Below, in pieces: positions 51,704-61,077 of a stretch of DNA of 64,000 nucleotides. Under the pieces are notes generated by a model, which was given only the letters and a program-made list of their open reading frames with translations, had not been told where the DNA came from and did not search any database. The DNA is taken from the NCBI GenBank assembly GCA_963772955.1, contig CAVYZF010000001.1:147860-211859 (forward strand), in the 5' to 3' direction. The translations under genes were made by a program, and so were the position numbers. Position 1 is the stretch's first letter; each line of letters starts with the position of its first letter. Origin of the DNA: an uncultured Acidobacteriota bacterium (lineage in GTDB: Bacteria; Acidobacteriota; Vicinamibacteria; Vicinamibacterales; UBA2999).

Positions 51704-53299
51704 ATGACGTCAGGGTCGAACACACGCCGCGCCGGCATCCTGGTACCCCTCTTCTCGATGCCGTCGTCTCGAAGCTGGGGTATTGGTGAAATCGGCGATC
51801 TCGAGCGGATGACGGCATGGCTCGCGGATGCCGGCCAGCGTCTGCTCCAGTTGCTGCCGATCACCGAGACGCTGCCTCACGATCCGTCCCCGTACGGCGC
51901 ATTGAGTGCGATGGCGATCGATCCGCAGTACATCTCGCTCGAGCGCGTCGAGGACTTCGCAGCTCTCGGAGGAGAGCAGGCGCTCGAACCGCATCTTCGT
52001 ACGGCGCTCGATCGAGTGCGGTCGCTTCAAGCCATTGACTACCCCGCTGTCCGCGAACTGAAACAGATCGCATTGCGCCGTGCGTTCGATCACTTCCTGA
52101 AGACCGAGTGGCCGACGGACTCGAGCCGGGCCGAATCGTTCAAGGCGTTCAAGGAGGAACACGCGTGGTGGCTGGAGGACTACGCCCTGTTTCGCGCGCT
52201 CCATGCGAAGTACGACGAGCGGCCGTGGACCGAATGGCCCGAGCCGGTTCGTACGCGCCAGCCGCGTGCGCTCGAAGCCGAGCGAGTGCCGCTCCGAAAC
52301 GAAATCCTCTTTCGCAGCTATCTCCAGTGGATCGCCGGAGACCAGTGGAAGACCGCCCAAAGACACGTGAACGGCGTGTCGCTCTTCGGCGACCTCCCCT
52401 TCATGGTGAATGGCGACAGCGCGGACGTCTGGTCGCGGCAGGACGAGTTCGGCGACGAAGGCTCCGTAGGTGTGCCGCCTGATGCTTTCAGCGACACAGG
52501 CCAGGACTGGGGCTTGCCGCCGTATCGCTGGGACGTCTTACGCGAGCGTGACTTCGACTGGCTCCGTTTGCGCGCCCGGCGGATGGCACAGCTGTTCACC
52601 GGATACCGCGTCGACCATGTCGTGGGCTTCTACCGAACGTACGTCAGGCCGCGTGGCGACGGCACGGGTCCCGGTGTGTTCACGCCCGGTGACGAACCCT
52701 CGCAGATCGCTCTCGGGGAGAGTGTCCTGAACGTGTTCAGGTCCACAGGCGTCGAGATCGTCGCGGAAGATCTGGGCACCGTGCCGGACTTCGTCCGGGC
52801 GTCGCTCGCGCGCGCTGCTATCCCGGGCTACAAGGTGTTTCGATGGGAGCGGCACTGGCACTCGCCCGGTCACCCGTTTCGCGATCCCCACGAGTATCCC
52901 AGCGCCGCCGTCGCGACGTCGGGTACCCATGACACCGAGCCGATGACGGTGTGGTGGGCGGAAGCGCCGGTCGCGGAACGACACGCCGTGCTCGAGACGC
53001 CGTCGATTCGCCAGCGTTTGAGCGACACAGACCGAACGCAGGCGATCGCGTCGCCCGAGCTCTCATCAACCGTTCGAGCGGCCCTGCTCGAGGCGCTCTT
53101 TGCCTCGGGCGCTGACCTGCTGATCCTGCCGATTCAGGACGCCTTCGGCTGGAGCGATCGCATCAATCAACCCGCCACCATCGGCGGCCACAACTGGACG
53201 TGGCGCCTGCCGTGGCCGGTCGATCGGATGTCAACTGAAGTTGAGGCCGCAGTCGTTGGCGCACAACTGCGGAAGTGGTCCGAGCAGCATCGGCGCTGA
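51704..53299 (+). CDS. malQ: 4-alpha-glucanotransferase (amylomaltase, GH77)
   Basis: RRAGILVPLFSMPSSRSWGIGEIGDL..., LLQLLPI, DPSPY, GDLPFMV, DHVVGFYR and catalytic-region motifs typical of MalQ. Confidence 0.85.
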   Translation: MTSGSNTRRAGILVPLFSMPSSRSWGIGEIGDLERMTAWLADAGQRLLQLLPITETLPHDPSPYGALSAMAIDPQYISLERVEDFAALGGEQALEPHLRTALDRVRSLQAIDYPAVRELKQIALRRAFDHFLKTEWPTDSSRAESFKAFKEEHAWWLEDYALFRALHAKYDERPWTEWPEPVRTRQPRALEAERVPLRNEILFRSYLQWIAGDQWKTAQRHVNGVSLFGDLPFMVNGDSADVWSRQDEFGDEGSVGVPPDAFSDTGQDWGLPPYRWDVLRERDFDWLRLRARRMAQLFTGYRVDHVVGFYRTYVRPRGDGTGPGVFTPGDEPSQIALGESVLNVFRSTGVEIVAEDLGTVPDFVRASLARAAIPGYKVFRWERHWHSPGHPFRDPHEYPSAAVATSGTHDTEPMTVWWAEAPVAERHAVLETPSIRQRLSDTDRTQAIASPELSSTVRAALLEALFASGADLLILPIQDAFGWSDRINQPATIGGHNWTWRLPWPVDRMSTEVEAAVVGAQLRKWSEQHRR

Positions 53300-53300
53300 A

Positions 53301-55010
53301 TTACTTGCCCGCCTTGCCGCTGATCCTGGCCCAGGTGTCCTTGAGCGTGACGGTTCGATTGAAGACCGGAGCGGTCGGTTGCGAATCCGGGTCCACGCAG
53401 AAGTAACCCTGACGCTCGAACTGAAACCGTGTGCCGGCGGGCGCACCGGCAAGCAGCGATTCCACCTTGCATCCCGTCAGCACCGTCAGTGATTCTGGAT
53501 TGAGATCGGTCAGCGGGTCGCGTCCGCCATCGCCCGGGTCCTCGGATTTGAACAGGCGATCGTAGAGCCGCACTTCGGCGTCGACGGCATGCGCAGCTGA
53601 CACCCAGTGAATCGTGCCCTTCACGCGGCGTGTGGCCGTGGAGCCGCTCAGCGACTCCGTGTCGATCGTGCATGTGAGCTCCACGGGCACGCCTGCCGGG
53701 TCCGTGATGACGCGCTCGCACTTCAAGATGTACCCGTAGCGCAGCCGCACCTCACTGCCAGGCGACAACCGGAAGAACTTCTTCGGCGGGTCCTTCATGA
53801 AGTCGTCTGCTTCGATGTACAACACCCGCGAGAAGGGAATCTTTCGAGTCCCTGCCCCCGCGTCCTCCGGGTTGTTGATCCCGACGACGTATTCGACCTG
53901 ACCCTCCGGGTAGTTCTCGATCTCCACCTTGAGCGGACGGAGCACAGCGAGCCCGCGTTGAGCCCGCCGATTGAGATCCTCACGTACCGTGTGCTCGAGG
54001 AGCGCGACGTCGACCACGTTCTCCTTCTTGGCGACACCGATTCGGGTGCAGAAGTCGCGGACCGCCTCCGGTGTGTAGCCGCGCCGGCGAAGCCCCGCGA
54101 TCGTCGGCATTCGCGGATCGCTCCAGCCGCGCACGAGGTTCTGCTCGACCAGCGCCAGCAACTTCCGCTTGCTCATCACCGTGTAGTTCAGATTCAGCCG
54201 CGCGAACTCAATCTGCTGCGGCTTCGAACGGAACCCGCCATCACGCCCCAGGCTATCGATAACCCAGTCGTAGAGCGGTCGATGGTCCTCGAACTCCAGC
54301 GTGCACAGGGAGTGCGTGATGCCCTCGATGGCGTCCGAGATCGGATGCGCGTAGTCGTAGGTCGGATAGATGCACCAGTCGTCGTGCGTCCGGTGATGCG
54401 TCGCGTGCCTGATGCGATACAGCGTCGGGTCCCGCATGTTCATGTTCGGCGACGCCATGTCGATCTTCGCGCGCAGCACGTGCACGCCGTCGAGGAATTC
54501 GGCCGCTCGCATCCGCCGGAACAAATCGAGGTTCTCGTCGACCGATCGCTCGCGGTGCGGGCTGTTCCGGCCCGGTGACGTCAGCGTGCCGCGATACTCG
54601 CGGATTTCGTCGGCGGTCAGGCTGTCGACGTACGCCTTGTCGTCGCGAATCAGCTGCTCGGCGTAGCGATACATCTGCTCGAAGTAGTCCGAGGCGTAGA
54701 ACATTCGATCGGCCCAGTCGAACCCGAGCCAACGAACGTCCTCCTGGATCGAGTCGACGTACTCGACGTCTTCCTTCGCCGGGTTCGTATCGTCGAATCG
54801 CAGGTTGCACTGCCCGGCGAATTCCTCGGCAACGCCGAAGTTGAGGCAGATCGACTTCGCATGGCCGATGTGCAGATATCCGTTCGGTTCCGGCGGAAAA
54901 CGCGTGCTGACGCGACGGTCGTGACGGCCCTCTTTCAAGTCGCTGGCGACGATGTCGCGGATGAAGTCCTGGGGACGAGTGGGTTCGACAGTCGAGGGCG
55001 GTTCAGCCAT
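53301..55010 (-). CDS. glnS: Glutamine--tRNA ligase
   Basis: [24 protein letters not shown] (HIGH), [10 protein letters not shown] and VMSKRKL (KMSKS-type). The length and C-terminal anticodon-binding barrels fit GlnRS. Confidence 0.92.
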   Translation of the reverse strand: MAEPPSTVEPTRPQDFIRDIVASDLKEGRHDRRVSTRFPPEPNGYLHIGHAKSICLNFGVAEEFAGQCNLRFDDTNPAKEDVEYVDSIQEDVRWLGFDWADRMFYASDYFEQMYRYAEQLIRDDKAYVDSLTADEIREYRGTLTSPGRNSPHRERSVDENLDLFRRMRAAEFLDGVHVLRAKIDMASPNMNMRDPTLYRIRHATHHRTHDDWCIYPTYDYAHPISDAIEGITHSLCTLEFEDHRPLYDWVIDSLGRDGGFRSKPQQIEFARLNLNYTVMSKRKLLALVEQNLVRGWSDPRMPTIAGLRRRGYTPEAVRDFCTRIGVAKKENVVDVALLEHTVREDLNRRAQRGLAVLRPLKVEIENYPEGQVEYVVGINNPEDAGAGTRKIPFSRVLYIEADDFMKDPPKKFFRLSPGSEVRLRYGYILKCERVITDPAGVPVELTCTIDTESLSGSTATRRVKGTIHWVSAAHAVDAEVRLYDRLFKSEDPGDGGRDPLTDLNPESLTVLTGCKVESLLAGAPAGTRFQFERQGYFCVDPDSQPTAPVFNRTVTLKDTWARISGKAGK

Positions 55011-55094
55011 TCAGAGAACAACGATTTTAACCGATGTGCCACCGACGCTTGCGCGCGTGCGTGACGTCAGTTCCGGCGACAGCACACTTAGTCG

Positions 55095-56297
55095 CTACTG
55101 ACTATCGGCCAGGTCGTCGTCGTCGGTGGTTGCACCTTCGGGCAGGCCCATAAGGCCAGCCTGTCTGAGAACGCGAGGGACGCGCTCAATCGGGTCGGCG
55201 AACGGTAGTTCCGGAGCGGTCGTGACGTCGAGTTCCCGGAGTCGCCGCGCACTGACGAGCACGCGAGCCTCCAACGAGCCCGCCGCATCGTTGTAAGCCT
55301 GCACGGCACCGTCCAGCCGCTTCCTCAGATCGTCGAAGCGGTCGGCGAACGTCGCGAGGCGCTCGTAGAACTCCTTCCCGAGTCGCGCGACCTCGCGATA
55401 GTTCTCGGTCAGCGCTTCGTGCCGCCACGAATGTGCAACCGTGGTCAGCAAGGCAATCAGCGTAATGGGGCTCGCGAGCAGGACCTTCTGCTCGAGCCCG
55501 TGCTCGATGAGTGTCAAATCCTGTTGCAGCGCCGCGCTGAACAGCGTTTCGCCCGGAAGGAACATCACCACCATCTCTGGCGAGTTCGGCATCTGGTCCC
55601 AGTAGGCCTTGTTGCCGAGGCGATCCATGTGATCGCGCACCTGCCGGGCGTGTGCCTGCAACCGTGCCGCCCGCCGATCATCGTCCGCGCACTCCTGCGC
55701 ATCGAGGAATGCGTCGAGTGGAGTCTTGGCATCGACGACGATCTGCTTGCCCCCGGGGAGATGGACGATCAGATCCGGGCGCAGCCGGCCATTGTCGGTG
55801 GGAACACCGGGCTGCTCGTCGAAATCGCACTGCTGCAGCATCCCCGCGATCTCGACGACGCGGCGAAGCTGCATCTCTCCCCAGCGTCCACGGACCGCCG
55901 GCGTACGAAGCGCGCGCGACAGCATGTTGGCGCTCGAGCCCAGCGCGACGACTTGCTCAGACAGGCGCGAATACGCTTCGACCCGCTCGCGCTCGGCCTC
56001 CTTGAGGCGTTGATTCATGTCCTTCAGCGCGTCGGCAGCCAGCACACGGAAGGTGTCGCCCATCCGTTGTTCGGCCTTGTCGAGCAGCGTCTCAGCGGAA
56101 TCGAGCGCCTGCGTCTTGCGTTCGGCGTCCTCGCGAACCCACTTGAGATCCTGTTTCGCGGCAGCGAGTTCGGCGATCGACGCGGCTCGAGCCTCGGCGA
56201 TCTGCCGCGCGGCGATGTTCCGCATCACAAGGAAGACCGCGAGCGCCGTTGCGGCCGCGATGATGAGGGCAGTCAGAAGATCAATAGCCAACGACAC
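55095..56297 (-). CDS. rmuC: DNA recombination protein RmuC
   Basis: N-terminal TM helix, a long coiled coil, and the RmuC nuclease-like core (RPDLIVHLPGGKQIVVDAKTPLDAFL...MFLPGE). Confidence 0.8.
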   Translation of the reverse strand: MSLAIDLLTALIIAAATALAVFLVMRNIAARQIAEARAASIAELAAAKQDLKWVREDAERKTQALDSAETLLDKAEQRMGDTFRVLAADALKDMNQRLKEAERERVEAYSRLSEQVVALGSSANMLSRALRTPAVRGRWGEMQLRRVVEIAGMLQQCDFDEQPGVPTDNGRLRPDLIVHLPGGKQIVVDAKTPLDAFLDAQECADDDRRAARLQAHARQVRDHMDRLGNKAYWDQMPNSPEMVVMFLPGETLFSAALQQDLTLIEHGLEQKVLLASPITLIALLTTVAHSWRHEALTENYREVARLGKEFYERLATFADRFDDLRKRLDGAVQAYNDAAGSLEARVLVSARRLRELDVTTAPELPFADPIERVPRVLRQAGLMGLPEGATTDDDDLADSQ

Positions 56298-56474
56298 GTT
56301 GATTCTGACTCAGATTTCCCGCTCTTGAACTTTCGAACTCGTCCATCGCCTGCATCTGTCTTCATTTGCTTCAGGAATTCAGGCCGGCGCTGCCGTCGAG
56401 CAGGGTCAGACCATCGCGCGAGTTGGCGCCAGCGGCCTGGCAACCGGACCGGCTCGATATAATTTCAGATATCG

Positions 56475-57692
56475 ATGGCCGGTCTCGCTCCGTTCCGAGC
56501 GCTTCGCCCCGCTGTGTCTGCGGCCGCGCGGGTCGCCGCAGTTCCCTACGATGTCGTCAGCACAGACGAAGCCCGTGCGCTGGCCGCCGGAAACCCCCTG
56601 AGCTTTCTCCATGTGTCGCGTGCGGAGATCGATCTTCCCCAGGGAGCGGGTCTCTACGAAGACGTGGTGTACACGACCGCCGTCAAGAACTTCGAGCGGC
56701 TGAAGCATGAGGCGCCGCTTCTTGTCGAGGACACGCCGCGACTCTACGTCTATCGACTGCGGATGGGCCCGCATGCGCAGGTCGGTCTGGCCGGGTGCTT
56801 TTCCATCGACGACTACGAGCGCGATGTCATCCGGAAACATGAGCACACGCGACGTGACAAGGAAGACGACCGGACCCGGCATCTGCTCGAGCTTCGTGCG
56901 CAGACAGGCCCGGTGTTCCTGACCTATCGCGCGAGGCCGGCGATCGATGGGCTGATCGAACGGGTCATGACTGCGAAGCCGCTCTACGACTTCGCGGCTG
57001 TGGACGGCGTGCAGCACACGATGTGGGTTGTCGAGCCCGGTGAAGAGCATCAGCTCGTTGTGGCCTTCGATGCCGTTCCCGCGCTCTACATCGCTGACGG
57101 CCATCACCGGGCGGCCAGTGCGATGCGTGCGCGCAAACGGCTTGCTGGTGACGCGGGCAAGCCAGGGGAGTGGGACACGCTCCTGGCAGTCGCATTTCCA
57201 GACGTTCAGGTGCAAATCCTCCCGTACAACCGGGTGATCCAGGACCTGGCTGGGATGACGCCAGGCGCATTCATGGATGCCCTGCAGAAGCGATTCACGA
57301 TCAGGAACGGACCGGCAATGCCCGCACGGAAGGGCGAGGTGGCGATGTTCCTCGACGGCGGATGGCACGCGATCGTGCTGGGTGACGCGCAGGCTGGCGC
57401 GCGAGCGGCGGATCGGCTCGACGTGATGCGATTGCAGGACGCCGTGCTGGGACCGATGCTCCGCATCGGCGATGTACGCACTGACAAGCGGATTGACTTC
57501 GTCGGGGGCGCCCGTGGTACGACCGAGTTGGAATCGCGCGTTCGCTCGGGTGCAGCCGCCGTCGCGTTTTCGCTGTACCCGGTCGATGTCCAGGACCTGA
57601 TGGCGATCACCGACGCCGGCGGGATCATGCCGCCCAAGTCCACGTGGTTCGAGCCCAAGCTTCGCGACGGGTTGTTATCGCACATGGTCTAG
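56475..57692 (+). CDS. DUF1015-family protein
   Basis: N-terminal PFRALRP......VPYDVVS...A, plus YIADGHHR and later conserved blocks, match my memory of the DUF1015 family. TATAAT at 56456-56461 lies 13 nt upstream of the ATG. Confidence 0.7.
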   Translation: MAGLAPFRALRPAVSAAARVAAVPYDVVSTDEARALAAGNPLSFLHVSRAEIDLPQGAGLYEDVVYTTAVKNFERLKHEAPLLVEDTPRLYVYRLRMGPHAQVGLAGCFSIDDYERDVIRKHEHTRRDKEDDRTRHLLELRAQTGPVFLTYRARPAIDGLIERVMTAKPLYDFAAVDGVQHTMWVVEPGEEHQLVVAFDAVPALYIADGHHRAASAMRARKRLAGDAGKPGEWDTLLAVAFPDVQVQILPYNRVIQDLAGMTPGAFMDALQKRFTIRNGPAMPARKGEVAMFLDGGWHAIVLGDAQAGARAADRLDVMRLQDAVLGPMLRIGDVRTDKRIDFVGGARGTTELESRVRSGAAAVAFSLYPVDVQDLMAITDAGGIMPPKSTWFEPKLRDGLLSHMV

Positions 57693-57803
57693 AAAGGCCG
57701 GCTTCAGACGATCGAGTGGCAGGCCTTGCGAGGCACAGCGTTGGTTTTGCCCCGCTTCGCGGAGCGACGAGCTACGATCGAGGAAGCAGTCAGAGACATT
57801 GTC

Positions 57804-58895
57804 ATGCCGACAACCACACGTGTATTCAACTTCTCCGCTGGTCCAGCCGTTCTTCCTGTTCCTGTACTCGAGCAGGCGCAACGCGATCTCGTCGCGCTTC
57901 CGGGCGTCGGGATGTCCGTGATGGAGATCAGCCATCGTTCGAAGGTCTTCGAAGATCTGCTCGCGGGAGCGATCGCGGCGCTTCGTGAGCTGGCTGGTGT
58001 ACCGTCGAACTACCGGATCCTGTTTCTCCAGGGTGGCGCGAGCCTGCAGTTCACCATGGTGCCGATGAACCTGCTGAAGGCAGGAACGACGGCCGACTAC
58101 GTCGACACTGGGGCGTGGGCCGTGAAGGCGATCGAAGAAGCCAGACGAGTCGGCACGGTCAACGTGACGGGCTCGACGAAGGCGGACAGATACAACCGAA
58201 TCCCCACGCCGGCCGAGTTGCATCTCACGCCTGGCGCGTCCTTCGCGCACATCACCTCCAACAACACGATCGAGGGGACGGAGTGGAAAGCCTTCCCTGA
58301 CGTGGGCACTGTGCCACTGGTTGCCGACGCATCGTCCGACATCCTGAGTGGTCCGATCGACGTCTCGCGATTCGGACTGATCTACGCGGGGGCGCAAAAG
58401 AACCTCGGGCCGTCCGGCGTGACGCTTGTCATCGTTCGGGAGGATCTCCTCGAGCGCTCGGACAAGAACCTCCCGACGATGCTCAGTTACAAGGTTCAAG
58501 CGGAGAACAACTCGCTGTACAACACGCCGAACACGTTCGGCGTCTACATCTTCGGGCTCGTCATGCAGTGGCTGAAATCTCTGGGCGGACTCGCCGCGGT
58601 CGCTCGACTGAATCAGCACAAGGCGGCGTTGCTGTATTCGGAGATCGATCGAACCGGGTTCTATCGTGGTACGGCGCAGGCCGAGAGCCGTTCACTGATG
58701 AACATCACGTTCCGCCTGCCAAGCGAGGAACTGGAAAAGACGTTCGACCGGCAGGCGTCTGCCGCGGGCTTCGACGGACTCAAGGGACACCGATCGGTGG
58801 GCGGATTGCGCGCCTCGATCTACAACGCGTTTCCGGAAGAGGGCGTGGCCGGACTGGTGGACTTCATGCGCGAGTTCGAACGCACGCATGGTTAG
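57804..58895 (+). CDS. serC: 3-phosphoserine/phosphohydroxythreonine aminotransferase
   Basis: FNFSAGPAVLP, QGGASLQF and YAGAQKNLGPSGVT (PLP lysine). The start was set to ATG 57804 (MPTTTRVFNF...). Confidence 0.88.
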   Translation: MPTTTRVFNFSAGPAVLPVPVLEQAQRDLVALPGVGMSVMEISHRSKVFEDLLAGAIAALRELAGVPSNYRILFLQGGASLQFTMVPMNLLKAGTTADYVDTGAWAVKAIEEARRVGTVNVTGSTKADRYNRIPTPAELHLTPGASFAHITSNNTIEGTEWKAFPDVGTVPLVADASSDILSGPIDVSRFGLIYAGAQKNLGPSGVTLVIVREDLLERSDKNLPTMLSYKVQAENNSLYNTPNTFGVYIFGLVMQWLKSLGGLAAVARLNQHKAALLYSEIDRTGFYRGTAQAESRSLMNITFRLPSEELEKTFDRQASAAGFDGLKGHRSVGGLRASIYNAFPEEGVAGLVDFMREFERTHG

Positions 58896-58918
58896 TCCCA
58901 AGGACCAAGCACCAAGGC

Positions 58919-60215
58919 CTAATTTGTTGCCGGTCTGAACGATCGCCTGCGACGCCGACGCCGGCGTCGTGGACGCGGGAGCTCTCCCGCGCCTTCCTCC
59001 GCGCTCGCAGTCACGCCCGAGGCTTCGATGAATCCGCGCCAATGCTCGACCGCCTCGGGAGCCTGCCCGTGAATCTCGAGCCATGCGAGCGCTTCACGAA
59101 ACGGACCGCGGTGCATCAACGCGCGCCGCGCGCGCGGTGACAGTCGTGAGTCGAGCAGGCGGCGCTGCAGCCCCAGGATCTGGCGGAAGCGCTCAACGTC
59201 CCTGCGTGCGAGCGGCAAGATCCCGAGCGTGAGCCGCGGCTCCTTCTCGAGTTCAGTGCTGGCGGCTTGACGCGGATGACCGGTCATGCCGAGCGGCACG
59301 ATCAGCGAGCCGAGAAGCACGGCGTTGCTCAATGTGTCGGGGATCTCTTCGTGTCGCTTGCGATAGGCGTCCAACGCTGCCAGCGACTGCCACAGTCGCC
59401 CGGCCGCGCCCTTTTGCAGATCGTGAGCAATGGGCTCGAGCAATTTGCGCTCGGCCATCATCCGGAACGCGTATTCCGACGCACCCGATCGAAGCAGCTT
59501 GTAGAACTCCTCGATCAATCGTGCCGGCGCGCTGCGCGCGATCTCCGCCCGGCTGCTGGCCATCGCCTGGTCGATCGGCGCGTCGATGGTGAACCCGAGC
59601 CGCGCAGCCATGGCGATGGCGCGCAGCATTCGCACCGGGTCCTCGTGAAAACGCTCTGCCGGGTCACCGATCGAACGGACGATGCCGGCGCGCAGGTCTT
59701 CGAGTCCGCCGGTGTAGTCGATGATCGAGAACGTTCCGATGTCGTAGAACAGTGCGTTGATGGTGAAGTCGCGCCGGAAGGCATCCTCCTCCGGTGTGCC
59801 GAACGTATTTTCGCGATGGATGAGGTGACTCGGTCCCGCGTTTCCCTCGTCCGGCGTCCCCTGCTTGTTCTGCGGTGGACTCCTCCGCTGCAGCCAGTTC
59901 CTCCGCCGTCACCTTCCGCCGAAAGGTTGCGACCTCGATCGTCTTCGTCCCGAACCGCACGTGAGCGAGCCGGAAGCGGCGGCCGATGACCCAGCAGTTC
60001 TTGAAGAGACGCTTGACCTGGTAGGGATGCGCCGAGGTGCCGATGTCGAAGTCCTTGGGACGCCGGCCGAGCAGCAGGTCCCTGACGCTCCCGCCCACCA
60101 GATACGCGACGTAGCCGTTTTGATGGAGGCGATAGAGAACTTTGAGCGCGTCGGGATCGATTTGCGATCGTGAGAGCGAGTGTGCGGCTCGCTCGACGAT
60201 GACCGGGTCACCCAT
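58919..60215 (-). pseudogene. pcnB: Poly(A) polymerase I-type nucleotidyltransferase, split by a +1 frameshift around 59840-59900
   Basis: The N-part reads [21 protein letters not shown]...[19 protein letters not shown]. The second frame read upstream of its first Met gives [27 protein letters not shown]...DPVRMLRAI, which continues into ORF 58919-59635. The tail is basic (PRRRRRRRRRS). One possible repair is deleting plus-strand A59879. Confidence 0.8.
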
Positions 60216-60235
60216 CGCCTTCAGATTGTAGGGGA

Positions 60236-61063
60236 ATGCGCTACGATCCGGCTATGCGTACCTGCGTGGTCGTCGTCGTCGCGCTGGTCCTGACGGGCGC
60301 TGGGTCGACGGCGTGGGCGAACGAGCCGCCGGCGCTTGCCAAGGCGCGGACTCTCTACAACGCCGGCGACTTCGAGGGCGCGATTGATGCGGCATCCGTG
60401 GTGCGCACGGACGAGGCATGGGCCGATGCGGCGGCGCTGGTTGTCGCGCGTTCGCACCTCGAACTGTACCGCGCGCGGGCGGATGCCGAGGATTTGTCGG
60501 CTGCGCGCGCCGCGCTCGGCGCCGTGCGGGCGGGGTTGCTCATGCCGCGCGATCAGGTCGATCTGATTGTCGGTCTCGGACAATCGTTGTATCTGAGCGA
60601 GATTTATGGCGCGGCCGCCGAGTTGTTCGATACGGCGTTGAGCCGGGCATCGTTGCTCGCCACGCGCGATCGACTGCTGCTCCTCGACTGGTGGGCGACG
60701 TCGCTCGATCGCGAGGCGCAGAGTCGTCCAGCCGATCGTCGAGCGCGCGTCTTCGATCGCATCTCACTGCGCATGAACGAAGAGATTCAACGCGACCCGG
60801 GCAGTCCCGTGGCCAATTACTGGCTGGCAGTGGCTGCGCGAGGCGCGGGAGACATTGACGGCGCGTGGAATTCCGCGGTTGCTGCGTGGGTGCGCTCGAC
60901 GCTCTCGCCGGATACGACCTCGGGGCTGCGTGACGATCTGGATCGCCTGGTGACACAGGCGCTCATCCCGGAGCGAGCGCGAACCGTGTCCGCCAGAGAG
61001 CCGCAGGAAGCGGTGGCGGCGTTGACGACCGAGTGGGAGCTGATCAAGCAGCAGTGGAAATGA
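60236..61063 (+). CDS. Hypothetical secreted helical (TPR-like) protein
   Basis: Signal peptide ([18 protein letters not shown]) and an all-helical Ala/Leu/Arg-rich sequence. No family was recognised, and the start could be ATG 60254. Confidence 0.4.
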   Translation: MRYDPAMRTCVVVVVALVLTGAGSTAWANEPPALAKARTLYNAGDFEGAIDAASVVRTDEAWADAAALVVARSHLELYRARADAEDLSAARAALGAVRAGLLMPRDQVDLIVGLGQSLYLSEIYGAAAELFDTALSRASLLATRDRLLLLDWWATSLDREAQSRPADRRARVFDRISLRMNEEIQRDPGSPVANYWLAVAARGAGDIDGAWNSAVAAWVRSTLSPDTTSGLRDDLDRLVTQALIPERARTVSAREPQEAVAALTTEWELIKQQWK

Positions 61064-61077
61064 CCGGGTGACGCCAC

